Origin: Eledone cirrhosa
Taxonomy: Eukaryota
Assembly (NCBI GenBank): GCA_964016885.1
Contig: OZ024756.1
Coordinates: forward strand, 17,174,001-17,238,000
Length of the DNA stretch: 64,000 nt
Direction: 5' to 3'
How positions within the stretch are numbered: the first letter of the stretch is position 1; each line of letters starts with the position of its first letter. Under the pieces are notes generated by a model. The model was not told where the DNA came from and did no database searches. It saw only the letters and a list, made by a program, of their open reading frames with translations. Positions 28,252 to 41,409 of this stretch are shown here, piece by piece. The translations under genes were made by a program, and so were the position numbers.

Positions 28252-29356
28252 TATGAACAGCCAGTTACAGCTGGTTCAGACAGAAAGAGATGACAGAATG
28301 CTGGCCGGATATGACCGGTTTAAATGTTAAAGGGTTAAACAGTGTTTTTTTTCTTTTGTAATGCATAGACAAGTAACATGATGAAGGAAGAAGAGCAATA
28401 TCTCTTGTCAGTTCACAGATTTTGATCATAGATTGAACTACAGAGATCATAGTCAATTGTAAACAGAATAATTTAAAACTTTATAAGTGGGAAAATGAGA
28501 AACACTACATATAAATTTGAGTGACTTCCATCTGCCTGTAACACAATGTGTGTGTGGATAAGGAAGGAAGGGGATGGTGAAAAAACTATAGCAAAACACC
28601 GGCTGACGTTCCATTTGCTATGCTGTGTGTGAGTGTATTCATTTCAATTTACGTCCGCTTTTCTCTGCTTGCAAGGGTGGGACAGGAACTGATTCTGGCT
28701 TGATTTCTACAGCTGGATGCCCTTCCTAACACCAACCTCATTTACAGTGAGTGCTGGGTGCTTTTTTGCCGTGGCACCTCCACGACCACTTTGCAGTGGA
28801 ATGATAGGGACCCCAGTCCTATCATCTCATTTCCACAGCTGAGTAAACTGGAGCAATGTGAAATAAAGTGTCTTGCTCAAGGAAACAACACATCACCCAG
28901 TCTGAGAATTGAACTCACAACCTTTCGATTGCAAGGCCAATGCTCTAACCACTAAGCCATGTGCCTCCATATGTTTGTGTAAATGTATGTGTGTTTGTAT
29001 GAATGTATGTGTGTTTGCATGAATGTATGTGTGTGTATGTGAATGTATGCCTGTGAGTGTGTATTTTTGTAAGTGTGTCTGTGTTTGCGTATTTATATCT
29101 ATATAGTCATATATATAAATGAATGCATACACACATGCTCACATGTATCAGCGTGTTGAAAAAATTCTAGTTATTGAAATGTGGTAGAAATGTGTTTGTA
29201 GAATGCAATAAACAATGGAGCATCAATCTGTTTGCAAAAGATGAGATGTTACCTTATTATTTGGCTGATGAACACTTATAATTAACTAGACAAATTCACA
29301 TTGTCGACATTACAAATAATGTTAAATTGCTCCAATGTTAGATTTTCTATGAAATA

Positions 29357-29859
29357 CAGGTTCACAATCTTTTATCCAAAATTTCAAAAACCCAAAAGCT
29401 CTGAAAACTGAACATTTTTTCCAGGATGTTGTCTGCACACAAAAGCTCACGGTTGGCACCAAACTTGACCTGAAACAACCCTCAGTCAACCCAGTTAACG
29501 CAGTTGTGTCTCAGTGCTCCTACCAGTCAGATGCACGTCGCCTCTGCTGCTCACGGATATTTTGTTTATTTTTTGCTGTTTATTTTTACTTTGAAGACTG
29601 TGAAAATGTCAAAAAGAGCTGTATTCCCCTATAGTTAACAGTGAAGAGCAGAAAAGGAAGCATCTGTCATTATCGATAGCACAGAAAGTAGAGCAAACTT
29701 GCGACCTTGTGGCCAAGAGCCGAGCATGCTACCACTGAGCCACCCAGTCCCCTGTAATGTTTTATCTAAAAAACTTTAAAAACTACACTATAAATCTTCC
29801 ATTCCGAAATCCGAAAAGTGTCTGGTCCCAAGGTTTTCGGATAAGGGATTGTGAACCTC
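29357..29859 (+). mobile_element. Tigger/pogo-type internally deleted DNA transposon
   Basis: TA|caggttcacaatc ... gattgtgaacctc|TA terminal inverted repeats; transposase start remnant MSKRA...KRKHLSLSIAQKVE. Confidence 0.75.
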
Positions 29860-29909
29860 TATATCATTTATATTGATCACACTTTGAAATTACTATTCTC
29901 ACTCTGAAT

Positions 29910-30192
29910 AAGCTTCTTCTTTGCCCACTAATTCCTGAGTGGGTCCTGGGGCCAGAGTCCTCAAACACTCCTTCCAGCGGGTCCGGTCAGAGGCAACCAT
30001 CTCCAACTGATCTGGTTGGATCCCCAAGCAAGACCAGCCAAGCTCATGGATGTTATCTAACACCTGGAGTGACTCTATAATCTCCAAGCTACAGATCTGT
30101 TCATCGATTCTTTCCTGAGACATTCTAACCACATGCCCATAGTATCGGAGCTGTGATCTCTCAATTTGGGGAAGTAGCGGCTCTACCTGGAT
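29910..30192 (-). mobile_element. RTE-clade LINE 3' fragment (family A)
   Basis: Reverse-complement similarity to 6450-6740. Confidence 0.75.
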
Positions 30193-30649
30193 AAGCTAAG
30201 TCACATTTTGAAATCATTAATCTCCCTTGAAATGTCAATGTCTCACTTTGAATTACACAAACTAACTGTAGTAGTAGTCTGACAATGAAATCCTTTCCAG
30301 GCCAACCTAACTATTTACGTACCCAAGGTTACTACCATAACAACTGGCTGATCAATACACTAACAAGTCCATAACATAGTGAGCTTTTACCTGTATTGAT
30401 TATCACTGACTGATTGATTTATTACCACGCACACACGCCTAAACAGATATACACACACATGGTCCAGACTATATAAATTTACACACAGTAGTGCATGTAT
30501 GTAAGCACACACTCACACACACTCACGCACGACGACATACGCACACACACAACCACGCACACACACAGCATTCCAGGATACAAATTACAACCAATTAAAC
30601 ATGTCCCACTTTACACATCTGTCCTTCATTGTCAATATAACAGTCATGA

Positions 30650-30980
30650 CTGGTGGTGGTGATGGTTGGTGATGGTGGCAGTGGTGGTGATGGTGATGAT
30701 GGCGGTGATGGAGATGATGGTGGCGGTGATGGAGGTAGTGTGGTGGTGATGATGGTGGTGGTGGTGGTGGTAGTGTGGTGGCGGTGGTGGTGGTAGTAGC
30801 AATGATTGTAGTAGTGATGATTGTAGTAGTGATGGTTGTTGTAGTAGTGGTGGTTGTAGTAGTGGTGGTGATAGTAGTGGTGGTGATAGTTGTGATGTAG
30901 TGACAGTGGGTGTGATAGTAGTGATGGTGGTAGTGGTGGTAGTAGTAGTGATGTAGTGACAGTGGGTGTGATAGTGAGGG
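30650..30980. repeat. (GGT/AGT/GAT)n low-complexity tract (similar tract at 32885-33100)
   Basis: Directly visible. Confidence 0.9.
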
Positions 30981-32084
30981 TACAGGAAAGAAATAACAAA
31001 GGATATCAAGTACAGTTTTAATATTTAGAAAGTATAGCTAAACCCTTTAGCATTTAAACCGGCCATATCTGGCCAGAATTCTCTCACCTATATCTGTTCA
31101 AACCAGCCATAACTGGCCACTCATATCGATGTTAAGGTATTATTCTCAAAATGAATAATATCAAAATCTCATAGGTTCGATATTATGTGAGATAAAGCCT
31201 TTACTGTGAAAATACAATAGTAAATATAGAGTAATGTAAATGCTAAAGAGTTAAACCGTTTTTTTAAGATGACCTTACTAACCTATTAGACTTCTTATTT
31301 TATGACTATAGAGTATGATTTGAGGGAGATTTGACTGATATTTTTAGCAGATGGAGTAAACATATATAGTGTGTATGGTTCCGTAACTCCTGATAAGAGT
31401 TGTAGGGGCACTGTATTGGACATACTGTGTTTCTTGGGCATTTTAAGCCTGGCAGAGCCCAACCCTCTCCAGGCCTGAGTATAGCAGATTTCTTCCAAAG
31501 AGAGGAAGAATCAACCCCAGTATTAGACTGGTACTTTTTTTTTTATCAACCTCGAAAGGATGAAAGGCAAAGTTGACATCGGTAGGATTTGAACTCAGAA
31601 AGCAAGTACGAATACCATAAAGTATTCTATCAGACGTTCTAACGACTCTGCCAATTCACCGTCTAGACATGTGCACATCCAGTTAAAAACACTGCCTCAA
31701 TGAATCATATGTCCCATCTGGGTCTTGAACCACTAAGTCATAACCAACAGCTCAACTACGATGAAGCAGGGAGACAATCAGTGAATCATATGTCCCACCT
31801 GGGTCTTGAACCTCATCTTCATTACCGTTTTATGTCCATACTTCCACACTAGCATGGGTTAGACGGGTTGTCCTGTTGTGGGCAATGCTAGGTCAGGTGA
31901 CCATGTGTTGCTCATATGGGAACTGATTTTGGCTAGATTTCTACAGCTGGATGCCCTTCCTAACACCAACCTCATTTACAGTGAGTACTGGGTGCTTTTT
32001 TAACATGGCGCCTACACAACCACTTTACAGTGTGTACTGGGTGCTTTTTTGTTGTGACACCTCCACGACCACTTTGAAGTTGGA

Positions 32085-32622
32085 TGGGGTGGGGGCATAT
32101 TGTTTATATGCTTCAGCTTGTACCCATGGGAAGTCGGGTCTTCTGTATTACTGTGTAACGTCAGAGGTCTTGGTCCTGTGTCATCGTCTTTGAGAGGTGC
32201 AATTGGGCATGGTCAGCTTTTATCATCCCAGGTCTTCTTGGGTCTCCCCACTCCAAGGCTTCCATCGACTTTTAGTGCTCTGCACCTTTTTATGCAGCTG
32301 TCATCCTTCATACGCATCACATGTCCATATCAACGCAACCTCCTCTCCTGCACACAGCATTTGATTCCTCTTATTCTCAGTCTTTCTCTCAATTCGTTTT
32401 TGCTTTGCCGTTCACATATATTACTATTACACATCCATCGGAGCATGCAAGCTTCATTTCTTTCTAATCTACGCAAGTCTTCTACACGCAGCGCCCAGGT
32501 CTCACTACCATGTAACATTGCTGTTTGTATGCACGCATCATACAGTCTACCTTTCATTTTGAGGGAAAAGCCTTTTGCAGTTAGCAGTGGCAGTAGCTCC
32601 TTGAACTTCTTAGTAGCTCGCT
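32085..32622 (-). mobile_element. RTE-clade LINE 3' fragment (family B)
   Basis: KFKELLPLLTAKGFSLKMKGRLYDACIQTAMLHGSETWAL...RLR*YGHVMR, GRPKKTW. Related pieces at 35060-35370 and 35560-35720. Confidence 0.85.
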
Positions 32623-32624
32623 GA

Positions 32625-32888
32625 ACCTCTATATCATAATCCACAGCTCAACTACAATGAGACAATCAGTGAATCATATGTCCCATCTGCTCTTGAACCT
32701 CTACATTATAATCCACAGCTCAACTACAATGAGACAATCAGTGAATCATATGTCCCATCTGCTCTTGAACCTCTACATTATAATCCACAGCTCAACTACG
32801 ATGAAGCAGGGAGACAATCAGTGAATCATATGTCCCACCTGGGTATACAACCTCTATATCATAATCTACAGCTCAACTACAATGAAGT
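32625..32888. repeat. About 70-85-bp tandem repeat, 3-4 units; related units at 31700-31812
   Basis: gacaatcagtgaatcatatgtccca recurs; the array is split by a SINE plus RTE insertion. Confidence 0.75.
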
Positions 32889-35751
32889 GTTGGTGGTGGT
32901 GGTAGCGTTAGAAGTGTTGTTGGTGGTGATAGTGTTAGTAGCATTGGTGGTGGTGGGGTGGTAAATTGATAGTGGTGAATGTAATGTAATGGTAGTGGTG
33001 AAGATGGTAGTGGCTGTGGTGACAGTAGTAAAGGAAGTAGTAGTAGTGATGGTAGTAAAGGCAGTAGTGGTAGTAAAAGTAGTAGTAGGAATGGTGGTAG
33101 TGATTTAAACCAGCTGTGACTGATGTGTGAACTGTGATATTTTACATTCAATGAGTGAAAATTTGATTCATTAACCATCTAGAGTTTTGTTCTCTTGCCA
33201 ATACAACTATTGGCTATCAACATATTTACAATATACACGTAAACTCTCTCTCTCTCTCACACACACACACATCATTGCTCAAAATTCTGAAGACAATACA
33301 GTTGTCCCCCGGTATTCACGAGGGTTAGGTTCCTAGGGAACCCGCGAAGAGTGAAAAACTGCAAATATTGGACATGGTCCATAAAAATGTCTATAAACGT
33401 CAAAACATAACGTAAAATATAGGCCGGCAAACACAGTATATTGTTATTAATAATTTAGCATTAAAAAGCGTGAAAAAATATATATTGCCATGAAAAAAGC
33501 CATAAATAAATCGCAGGAGATATTTACAATTCCACAATTATGTAGTGGTTTCCACAAACAATTATTAGTTAAGTTCTAAGGAAAATTCCATGAATAACCG
33601 GGACTGAACATGCCGGGGATACACTGTTTACACAAAGTTATAAACACATACCTACAGATACATATACACAAGATACAAACACTGGCTGTCCATCAATATG
33701 ATGATGATGATGGTCATATCTATCAAATATATCAACCATGTCCTTGATAAACACACATACAATCAGCCACATCCTTGATAAACACACAGATGCAATACGC
33801 AACACAAATTTAATACATAAACAGATTCAAAAACAAGCTAGGCACAGATGAAAAACCACCTGATATATAATTGTTTCTACTTTAGGCACAAGGCCAGCAA
33901 TTACCCAGTGCATTACTGGTACTTTATTTTATCGACCCCGTAAGGATGAAAGGCAAAGTTAACCTCGGCGGGATTTGAACTCAGATCGTAAAGGGACGTA
34001 ACTATGCTGGAAAGCATGGCGTCCAACCCTCTACCGATACTGCTAATCCACCGCCCCTCATATATAATGATTGGAAGAACTGCGAGACTGTGTCACGGTC
34101 ATTTTTTCTGAACATGTTACTAAAATAAGTTGGATTACTTTGAAAAATCATGACTGAATATTCATCATCATCATCACCGTTTTACGTCCGTTCTTCCATG
34201 CTAGCATGGGTTAGATGGGTTGTCCTATTGTGGGCAGTGTCCAGTCGGCTGACCTTGTCTTGCTCATACGGGAACTGATTCTGGCTTGATTTCTACAGCT
34301 GGATGCCCTTCCTAACACCAACCTCATTTACAGTGAGTGCTGGGTGCTTTTTTGCCATGGCACCTACACATCCACTTTACAGTGGAATGAGAGGGACTCC
34401 AGTCCTATCATCTCATTTCTACAGCTGAGTAAACTGGAGCAATGTGAAATAAAGTGTCTTGCTCAAGGAAACAACACATCACCCGGTCCGAGAATTGAAC
34501 TCACAACCTTTCGATTGCAAACCCAATGCTCTAACCACTAAGCCATGTGCCTTCATATTATGAATATTATGTAATTTATCTACTAAATTTCTTAGCTTTT
34601 GATTAAACATAAATAATCTTATATATAATATATAGCTTATTTCAAGACTCACTTCTTTTTAAATTTTTAAATGTCAACACTTCTGTTAGCATCCGTTATA
34701 TCATAACACTTTTCCGTGAGCCATATTTTCATTGTTATTTCAAAACATTTATATTTCCGTCGCCCATCTCATTTTCTCCTTTGTCATTTTCATAACATTT
34801 TGCTGTAATGCAGTTTATATATAATATCGTCTTTTTTAAATGTATCATGGATTACTTTACTGATTACAGAAGAGAGTGTAACACAGTCTCTCGTCAATTT
34901 CTGTGCATATTGTCATGAGGTCGTGTAGGTGTCACGACAAAAAAAATACACAGTCCACGCTGTAATGTGGCCGTGTAGGTAACACGGTAAAAACCTCCCA
35001 GTCCACACTGTAAACGTGGTTGGTGTTAGGAAGGGTGGGGGGTGTATTTTTGGTTAGGAGGTGCCTACTGACTGTAGGTTTCATTTTGTACTTAGGCAAG
35101 GCAGGTCTTCTGTATTACAGCGTAGCTTCAAAGATCTCGGTCCAGTGACATTGTCTTGGAGAGGTGTAAGTGTGAAAGGTCAGAATTTATCAAATCGTCC
35201 CAGGTTTTTCTGGGTCTACCTACTCCGTAGCTTCCATCTATTTTAATCGTCCTGCACTTTTTTATACAGCTGTCGTCTTTCATGCGCATCATGTGACCAT
35301 ACCAACGTAGTCTTCTCTCGAGTAAACAGCATCTGATCCCTCTTATTCCTAATTTCTCACTTAGTTCATTTATGCTTTATTTATATATATGTATCATTTG
35401 ATATTTAATATATTATATCATCTCTACCGCTCCCTTAGGCCCCCAGAGCCCCCTGGACCTTTTCAACGCCCCCCCCCCCCCCCCCCCCTTCCGGGGCGTG
35501 GGGCAGCACTCACTTTGAGAACCTCTGATCTAAGCTATCTCACATATATTCCAGCATTCACATCCACATTGTACCTTGAGAGTGTCACAGCAACAAGATA
35601 AATGTAAAAAAAAATGGGGGGTAAGAACATATCCCTGCTTAACACCTACATCCACCTCAAAGGGCAGAGATGATTTCACTACCCACAGTGACCTTAGACA
35701 ACATTCCCTCATAGAAAAGATGTAATATATACAATATAAAGTTATGTTGGT

Positions 35752-36120
35752 ATCACAAAAGCACCCAGTCCACACTGTGATGTGATCGTGTAGGAGTCAC
35801 AACAAAAAGCACCCAGTCCACACTGTAAAGTGGTTGTGTAGGAGTCACAACAAAAAGCACTCAGTCCACACTGTAAAGTGGTCGTGTAGGAGTCAAAACA
35901 AAAAGCACCCAGTCCACACTGTAAAGTGGTCGTGTAGGAGTCACAACAAAAAGCACCCAGTCCACACTGTAAAGTGGTCGTGTAGGAGTCACAACAAAAA
36001 GCACCCAGTCCACACTGTAAAGTGGTCATGTAGGTGTCACGACAAAAAGCACCCAGCACACACTGTAAAGTGGTTGTGTAGGTGTCACAACAAAAAGCAC
36101 CCAGCACACACTGTAAATGT
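35752..36120 (+). repeat. 48-bp tandem array of a SINE internal module (also at about 22140-22360)
   Basis: Unit cacaacaaaaagcacccagtccacactgtaaagtggtcgtgtaggagt, running into a SINE 3' end. Confidence 0.9.
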
Positions 36121-37101
36121 GGTTGGTGTTAGGAAGGGCATTCAGCTGTAGAAATCTAGCCAGAAACAGTCCTATATGAGCAAGACATGGTCACCTGACC
36201 CAACTTGCCTGTAATGGGACAACCCGTCTAACCCATGCTAGGATGTTAAATGAGGATGATGATGAGCTCACACAACTCTACAGGGTCAACACTCAATAAC
36301 ACAACACAATACATAACTCACACAAACACCATTTTAAACAGTGGCAAAATATTGGAAGGCACTGTTGGATATGACGACGGAGTGTTCCAGTTGATCCGAT
36401 CAACGGAACAGCCTGCTCATGAAATTAACGTGCAAGTGGCTGAGCATTCCATAGACATGAATACCCTTACCGTAGTTCTCAGGGAGATACAGAATGACAC
36501 AGAATGTGACAAGGCTGACCCTTCAAATTACAGGTACAACTCATTTTTGCCAGCTGAGTGGACTGGAGCAATGGGAAATAAAGTGTCTTGCTCAAGGGCA
36601 CAACACACCACCAGGAATTGAACTCATGAACTTACTATTGAGCCGAATACCCAAACCACAAAGCCACGTGCCTTCACAGTGGCAATATATGAATGCTACA
36701 CAAACCACAAACCCAGCATGGCGACACATATCACCAATTAAATTAATGTACTCCAAGATAAACTATATTCGAAAAGATTGGATGGTCATGTTTGGGATGT
36801 CTTTGATCATAGGCTTGCTCCATCAGGGTTAACCAATGGCTAAACAACAACTTGGAGTTATGTTTCTTTCAGATGAAGACATTGTGATTGAGAGAAAGTA
36901 ACTCTTTTAGCTGAAGTTGCTTGATTTGATTTAATAGCAGCCTAACCTTCCCCAAATCACCGACTACTGTTTTAGGAAAAAAATGGAGGCTACATTGGAT
37001 AATGTAGTGCTTGATATATATAGAATATTTATAGTTCTATTGGATCAGTGATGACCTTGAACAAAACAACAATAACAACAACAAAAGTTGTGGATACTTA
37101 C

Positions 37102-38977
37102 CTAAAGATACTAAAAGTGATGCGGCTTCTCGTTCGTCTAGTTTACCTGTAGTAATCCGTTCTTGGTCGTATTCACTATCATGAGAAGTTTCTTCCCATT
37201 CAATTTGACCGTCCTTTAGCTCTCCTTTTCTATGTCCGGGATATGGCACTGATGACCGCATAGTTTTCCCTTTTAAAGAGAGGTGCCGAGAACAGTAACC
37301 CCGTCTTTGAGATTCTTTAGTGCAACCATCTTTGGAACACAGACGGCGCCACTGTTTACCATTGAATTTCTTACGTACCCCACTTTTCTCATTGGAAACA
37401 ACATCTCCTTTCTTGTACTTGCTGACAGGATTCGGTGACCTAGGTGTACTTGCTCGACTGCTATCACCAGACTGAGCACGACATCGTACCTCGTCCTTCT
37501 TTTTGAAAGCTGGTTTGCTACGGTCCTTACCATTTTGAGAAGAAGCTCCAGGTGTTGCACTCCCACATCTTGGAGTACTCATGCCAGATGAATCAAAATA
37601 GACATTCTCATTTTTCAGTTCATCCTCAGATGTATCTGGTCGTTCAAAGCTGGTCTGCTTCTCAAAAGTTGGGGTAGGGCTGCTGGAGCAAACAGGCAAG
37701 GAGATGGAGTTTACAGTTTGTTGAATAAAGACAGAGGTTGGTGTCTGTACAGGGTTTGAAACTTGGTTTGACACTTGGTTTGACAATTGGTTTGACAATT
37801 GATTTGACAATTGATTTGACAATTGGTTTGACAATTGATTTGACAATTGATTTGACAATTGGTTTGACAATTGGTTTGACAATTGGGTTGACAATTGGTT
37901 TGACAATTGGGTTGACAATTGGTTTGACAATTGGTTTGACATTTGGTTTGACACTTGATTCGACATTTGGTTCGACACTTGATTCGACATTTGGTTCGAC
38001 ACTGGATTTGACACTTGATTTGACATTTGGTTGGACACTGGATTTGACACTTGGTTGGACATTTGAAATATCTGATTTTGTTCACCACAGTCCTCTAAAT
38101 CTTCCCACCATGGTGGTCGTAGAAGTCGGATGTTTGCTCGAGTTGTCCACAACATTTGAGAGCTCTTCAGTTTAATCTGGAACGAAAATGGATTCACTTT
38201 CCGATCTATCACTTTAGCTTCAATAAAGACGTTTTCTTCAGAGTCGATCCGAACACATACATCTGCTCCAAGCTGTACACTGTTGCCCATTGGACTATGG
38301 TCACAAATCACTTTGTTGCAGTCACTGTCAAAAACAAAGTAGATTTTCATTTCAGTCTCACCATCAAACAGCACCCCAACTTGTCTGTCTGATGCATTCT
38401 TTATAACGCCTGGTTTATAGACATTTTCACGCCATGCCAACACTCTTTGATTGTTCCAATCTCTTAAATTAATTGGGGGTGCTGCATTCTGTGTCAGGGT
38501 TGGAGACATCAGTTTGAATGGCAAGGGAGGAGGGCTGGAAGCTTCCGTTTCTGTAGCTTTTCTCTTTTTAGGAGGCTTAGCAATAGCTTTTTTGGGGTTT
38601 TCCTCTACTGCTGGCATCTTCTGACCATTTGGTGTGCGACCTATTGATTGATTATCAATATAAGGCATTTCCTCAGATTCTGCAGGAGTTGGGCTGCACT
38701 TACGAAGAGCACGTCCCACTTTTGTATTATGATTCACCTTCACTAAGCGTTTGTTTACAGAAGCAGCCAAAGAAGGTGTTGCAGGGTCAGTGGAATACTT
38801 TGCTGTTATCTTGCGAGAGATCTTCTTATTCTGTCCATCTGTACTCTCCTCATCGTTGGATTTCATCTGCGTTAACTCCTGACTCTCAGCTGTCAGTGCT
38901 ATTTTCCGTCGGGACTTGTTGCGGCCCGGGGGCGACACACGACTACGGCGACTTTTGTTCTCATTTCTTCGGTTCAT
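37102..38977 (-). CDS. cic: capicua long isoform, coding exon 1 (Tudor-like/DUF4819 region, NQ[L/V/M]S repeat, C2CH motif)
   Basis: Acceptor ttttgcag|GCATA-ATG (exon starts at 38982). Donor G|gtaagt at 37101, phase 1. Motifs [65 protein letters not shown] and [10 protein letters not shown] are typical of CIC-L. Confidence 0.95.
37754..38065 (-). repeat. Coding 12-bp tandem repeat, 26 units of (Q/P)(L/V/M)S(N/T)
   Basis: In frame within cic exon 1. Confidence 0.95.
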
Positions 38978-39802
38978 TATGCCTGCAAAATTAAAAAGAA
39001 AAAAAAAATAAACTATTAAAATCTAACAAACACAACAATATATTTACACTTCATAGAATCACATAAGCAGCATATTTCACTAGAAATAAGGATATAACAG
39101 ATTTAACCCTTTTCCCTTTACATTATTCTATATATACTATGGAGGCACATGGCTTAGATGGAGGCACATGGCTTAGTGGTTAGAGCATTGGCCTTGCAAT
39201 CAAAAGGTTGTGAGTTCAATTCTCAGACCGGGTGATGTGTTGTTTCCTTGAGCAAGACACTTTATTTCACATTGCTCCAGTTTACTCAGCTGTAGAAATG
39301 AGATGATAGGACTGGGGTCCCTATCATTCCACTGCAAAGTGGATGTGGAGGTGCCACGGCAAAAAAGCACCCAGCACTCACTGTAAATGAGGTTGGTGTT
39401 ATGAAGGGCATCCAGCTGTAGAAATCAAGCCAGAATCAGTTCCCGTCCCACCCTTGCAAGCAGGGAAAAGCGGACGTAAAATGAAATGATGATGATGATA
39501 CTATTATATTTTTATGGTAAACATTTCATCTCACATAATATTGAAATCTATGAGATTTTGATGATATTTATTTTGAGAATAATACCTTAACATAAATATG
39601 AGTGGCTGGTTAAGGCCAGTTTGAACAGAAAGAGATGAGAAAATTATGGCAGGATATGGATGGTTTAAATGCTAAAGGGTTAAACAATTTACAATTATTT
39701 GGTCAAATACAAATAATTGCCAATACCAAAGAATTCGGGTTAACTTCTGGTGACTAAAATACACAAGCAGATTTTTCGAGATAAGGAACTATCATTATTA
39801 TT

Positions 39803-40670
39803 GGCGGATTGGCAGTATCGGTAGAGAGTCGGACACCATGCTTTGCAGCATAGTTACGGCCCTTTACGGTCTGAGTTCCAATCCCGCCAAGGTTAACTTT
39901 GCCTTTCATCCTTAAAATAAAGTACTAGTAATGTACTGGGATAATTGCTGGCCTTGTGCCAAAAGTAGAAACAATTATTATTGGCAGTATTGGTAGGGGG
40001 TCGGACGCCGTGCTTTGACATATAGAGTTACGGCCCTTGCCATTCTGAGTTCAAATCCCGCCGAGGTTAACTTTGCCTTTCATCCTTACGGGGGTCGATA
40101 AAATAAAGTACCAGTAATACACTGGGATAATTAGGGGGTCGGACGCCATGCTTTGACGTATAGAGTTACGGCCCTTGCCATTCTCAGTTCAAATTCCGCT
40201 GAGGTTAACTTTGCTTTTCATCTTTACGGGGTCGATAAAATAAAGTACCAGTAATACACTGGGATAATTGGGGGGTCGGACGCCATGCTTTGACGTATAG
40301 AGTTACGGCCCTTGCCATTCTCAGTTCAAATCCCGCCAAGGTTAACTTTGCCTTTCATCCTTACGGGGGTCGATAAAATAAAGTACCAGTAATGCACTGG
40401 GTAAATTGCTGGCCTTGTGCCAAAAGTAGAAACAATTATTATACAGTAAGAAGTTGGTGGATTGGCAGAATCAGTAGATCATCAGATGAAATACCTTACA
40501 GCATTTGCTCCAGCTCTTTACATTCTGAGTTCAAATCCCACCATCATCAACTTTGCCTTTCATCCTTTTTGAATTGATAAGATAAAATACCAGTCAAATA
40601 CTGAGACCAATATAATCAACTAACCATTCTTCTCAAATTGCTGGCCTTGTGCCTAAATTAGAAACCATTA
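39803..40670 (+). mobile_element. Head-to-tail cluster of SINE family 2 (Nin-domain-like)
   Basis: Five units with gagttcaaatcc B box, aactttgcctttcatcc...ggtcgataaaataaagtacc core and agaaacaattatt tail. Dispersed copies near 8508, 31510, 33870, 51295, 52955, 58645, 62975 and 63790. Confidence 0.85.
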
Positions 40671-41369
40671 TAGCATCGCTCTGATTGATCAACAAGATCC
40701 CAGACCTCATTCGCTTGCCGAGTGGGGTGGACCTCATCGAATCGGACCAAGGAAACAATGTTTCCATTGGTCTTTCTATTGCTGACACTATCTACCGGTC
40801 ACAACTCCTGTCAGAAGGAGCAATGTGAAATAAAGTGTCTTGCTCAAGGACACAACGCACCACCCGGTCCGAGAATTGAACTCACAACCTCACGATTGCA
40901 AATCCAACTCTCTAACCACTAAGCCACGCACCTTCACAATACACTAATTTATTCAGATGCATTTACTCATCTTGGTTGTTATAGCAACACTGTTTCACCT
41001 TCCATTATGCTTCTGAAGTAATTACACTTTGGGGGGTGGGGGCGGAGGAGTAACATACATATTACAATGTTCACAATATATATCATCATCATCATCATCA
41101 ACGTTTAACGTCCGTGTTCCACGCTTCCATGGGTTTGGACGGGGGTATTCCCACTTGAGGCAAGAGTGATTGTCGTGCTCGCATAGGACTGTCTGGCAGG
41201 TTTTCTAGTTGGATGCCCTTCCTAACACCAACCACATTTACAGTGTGGGTCTGGGAGGTTTTTACCGTGTTGCCTACACGGCCACATTACAGCGTGGACT
41301 GTGTGTTTTTTTGTCGTGACACCTACACGATCTCATTTGTTTCGGCCTGGATGGTGTGGCACCAACATA

Positions 41370-41409
<40 letters not shown>

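Noticed and set aside
30595-31009. His/Tyr- or Pro/Thr-rich ORFs in cic intron 1
   Set aside because: Trinucleotide low-complexity sequence; exons 1 and 2 already join into a conserved motif without it.
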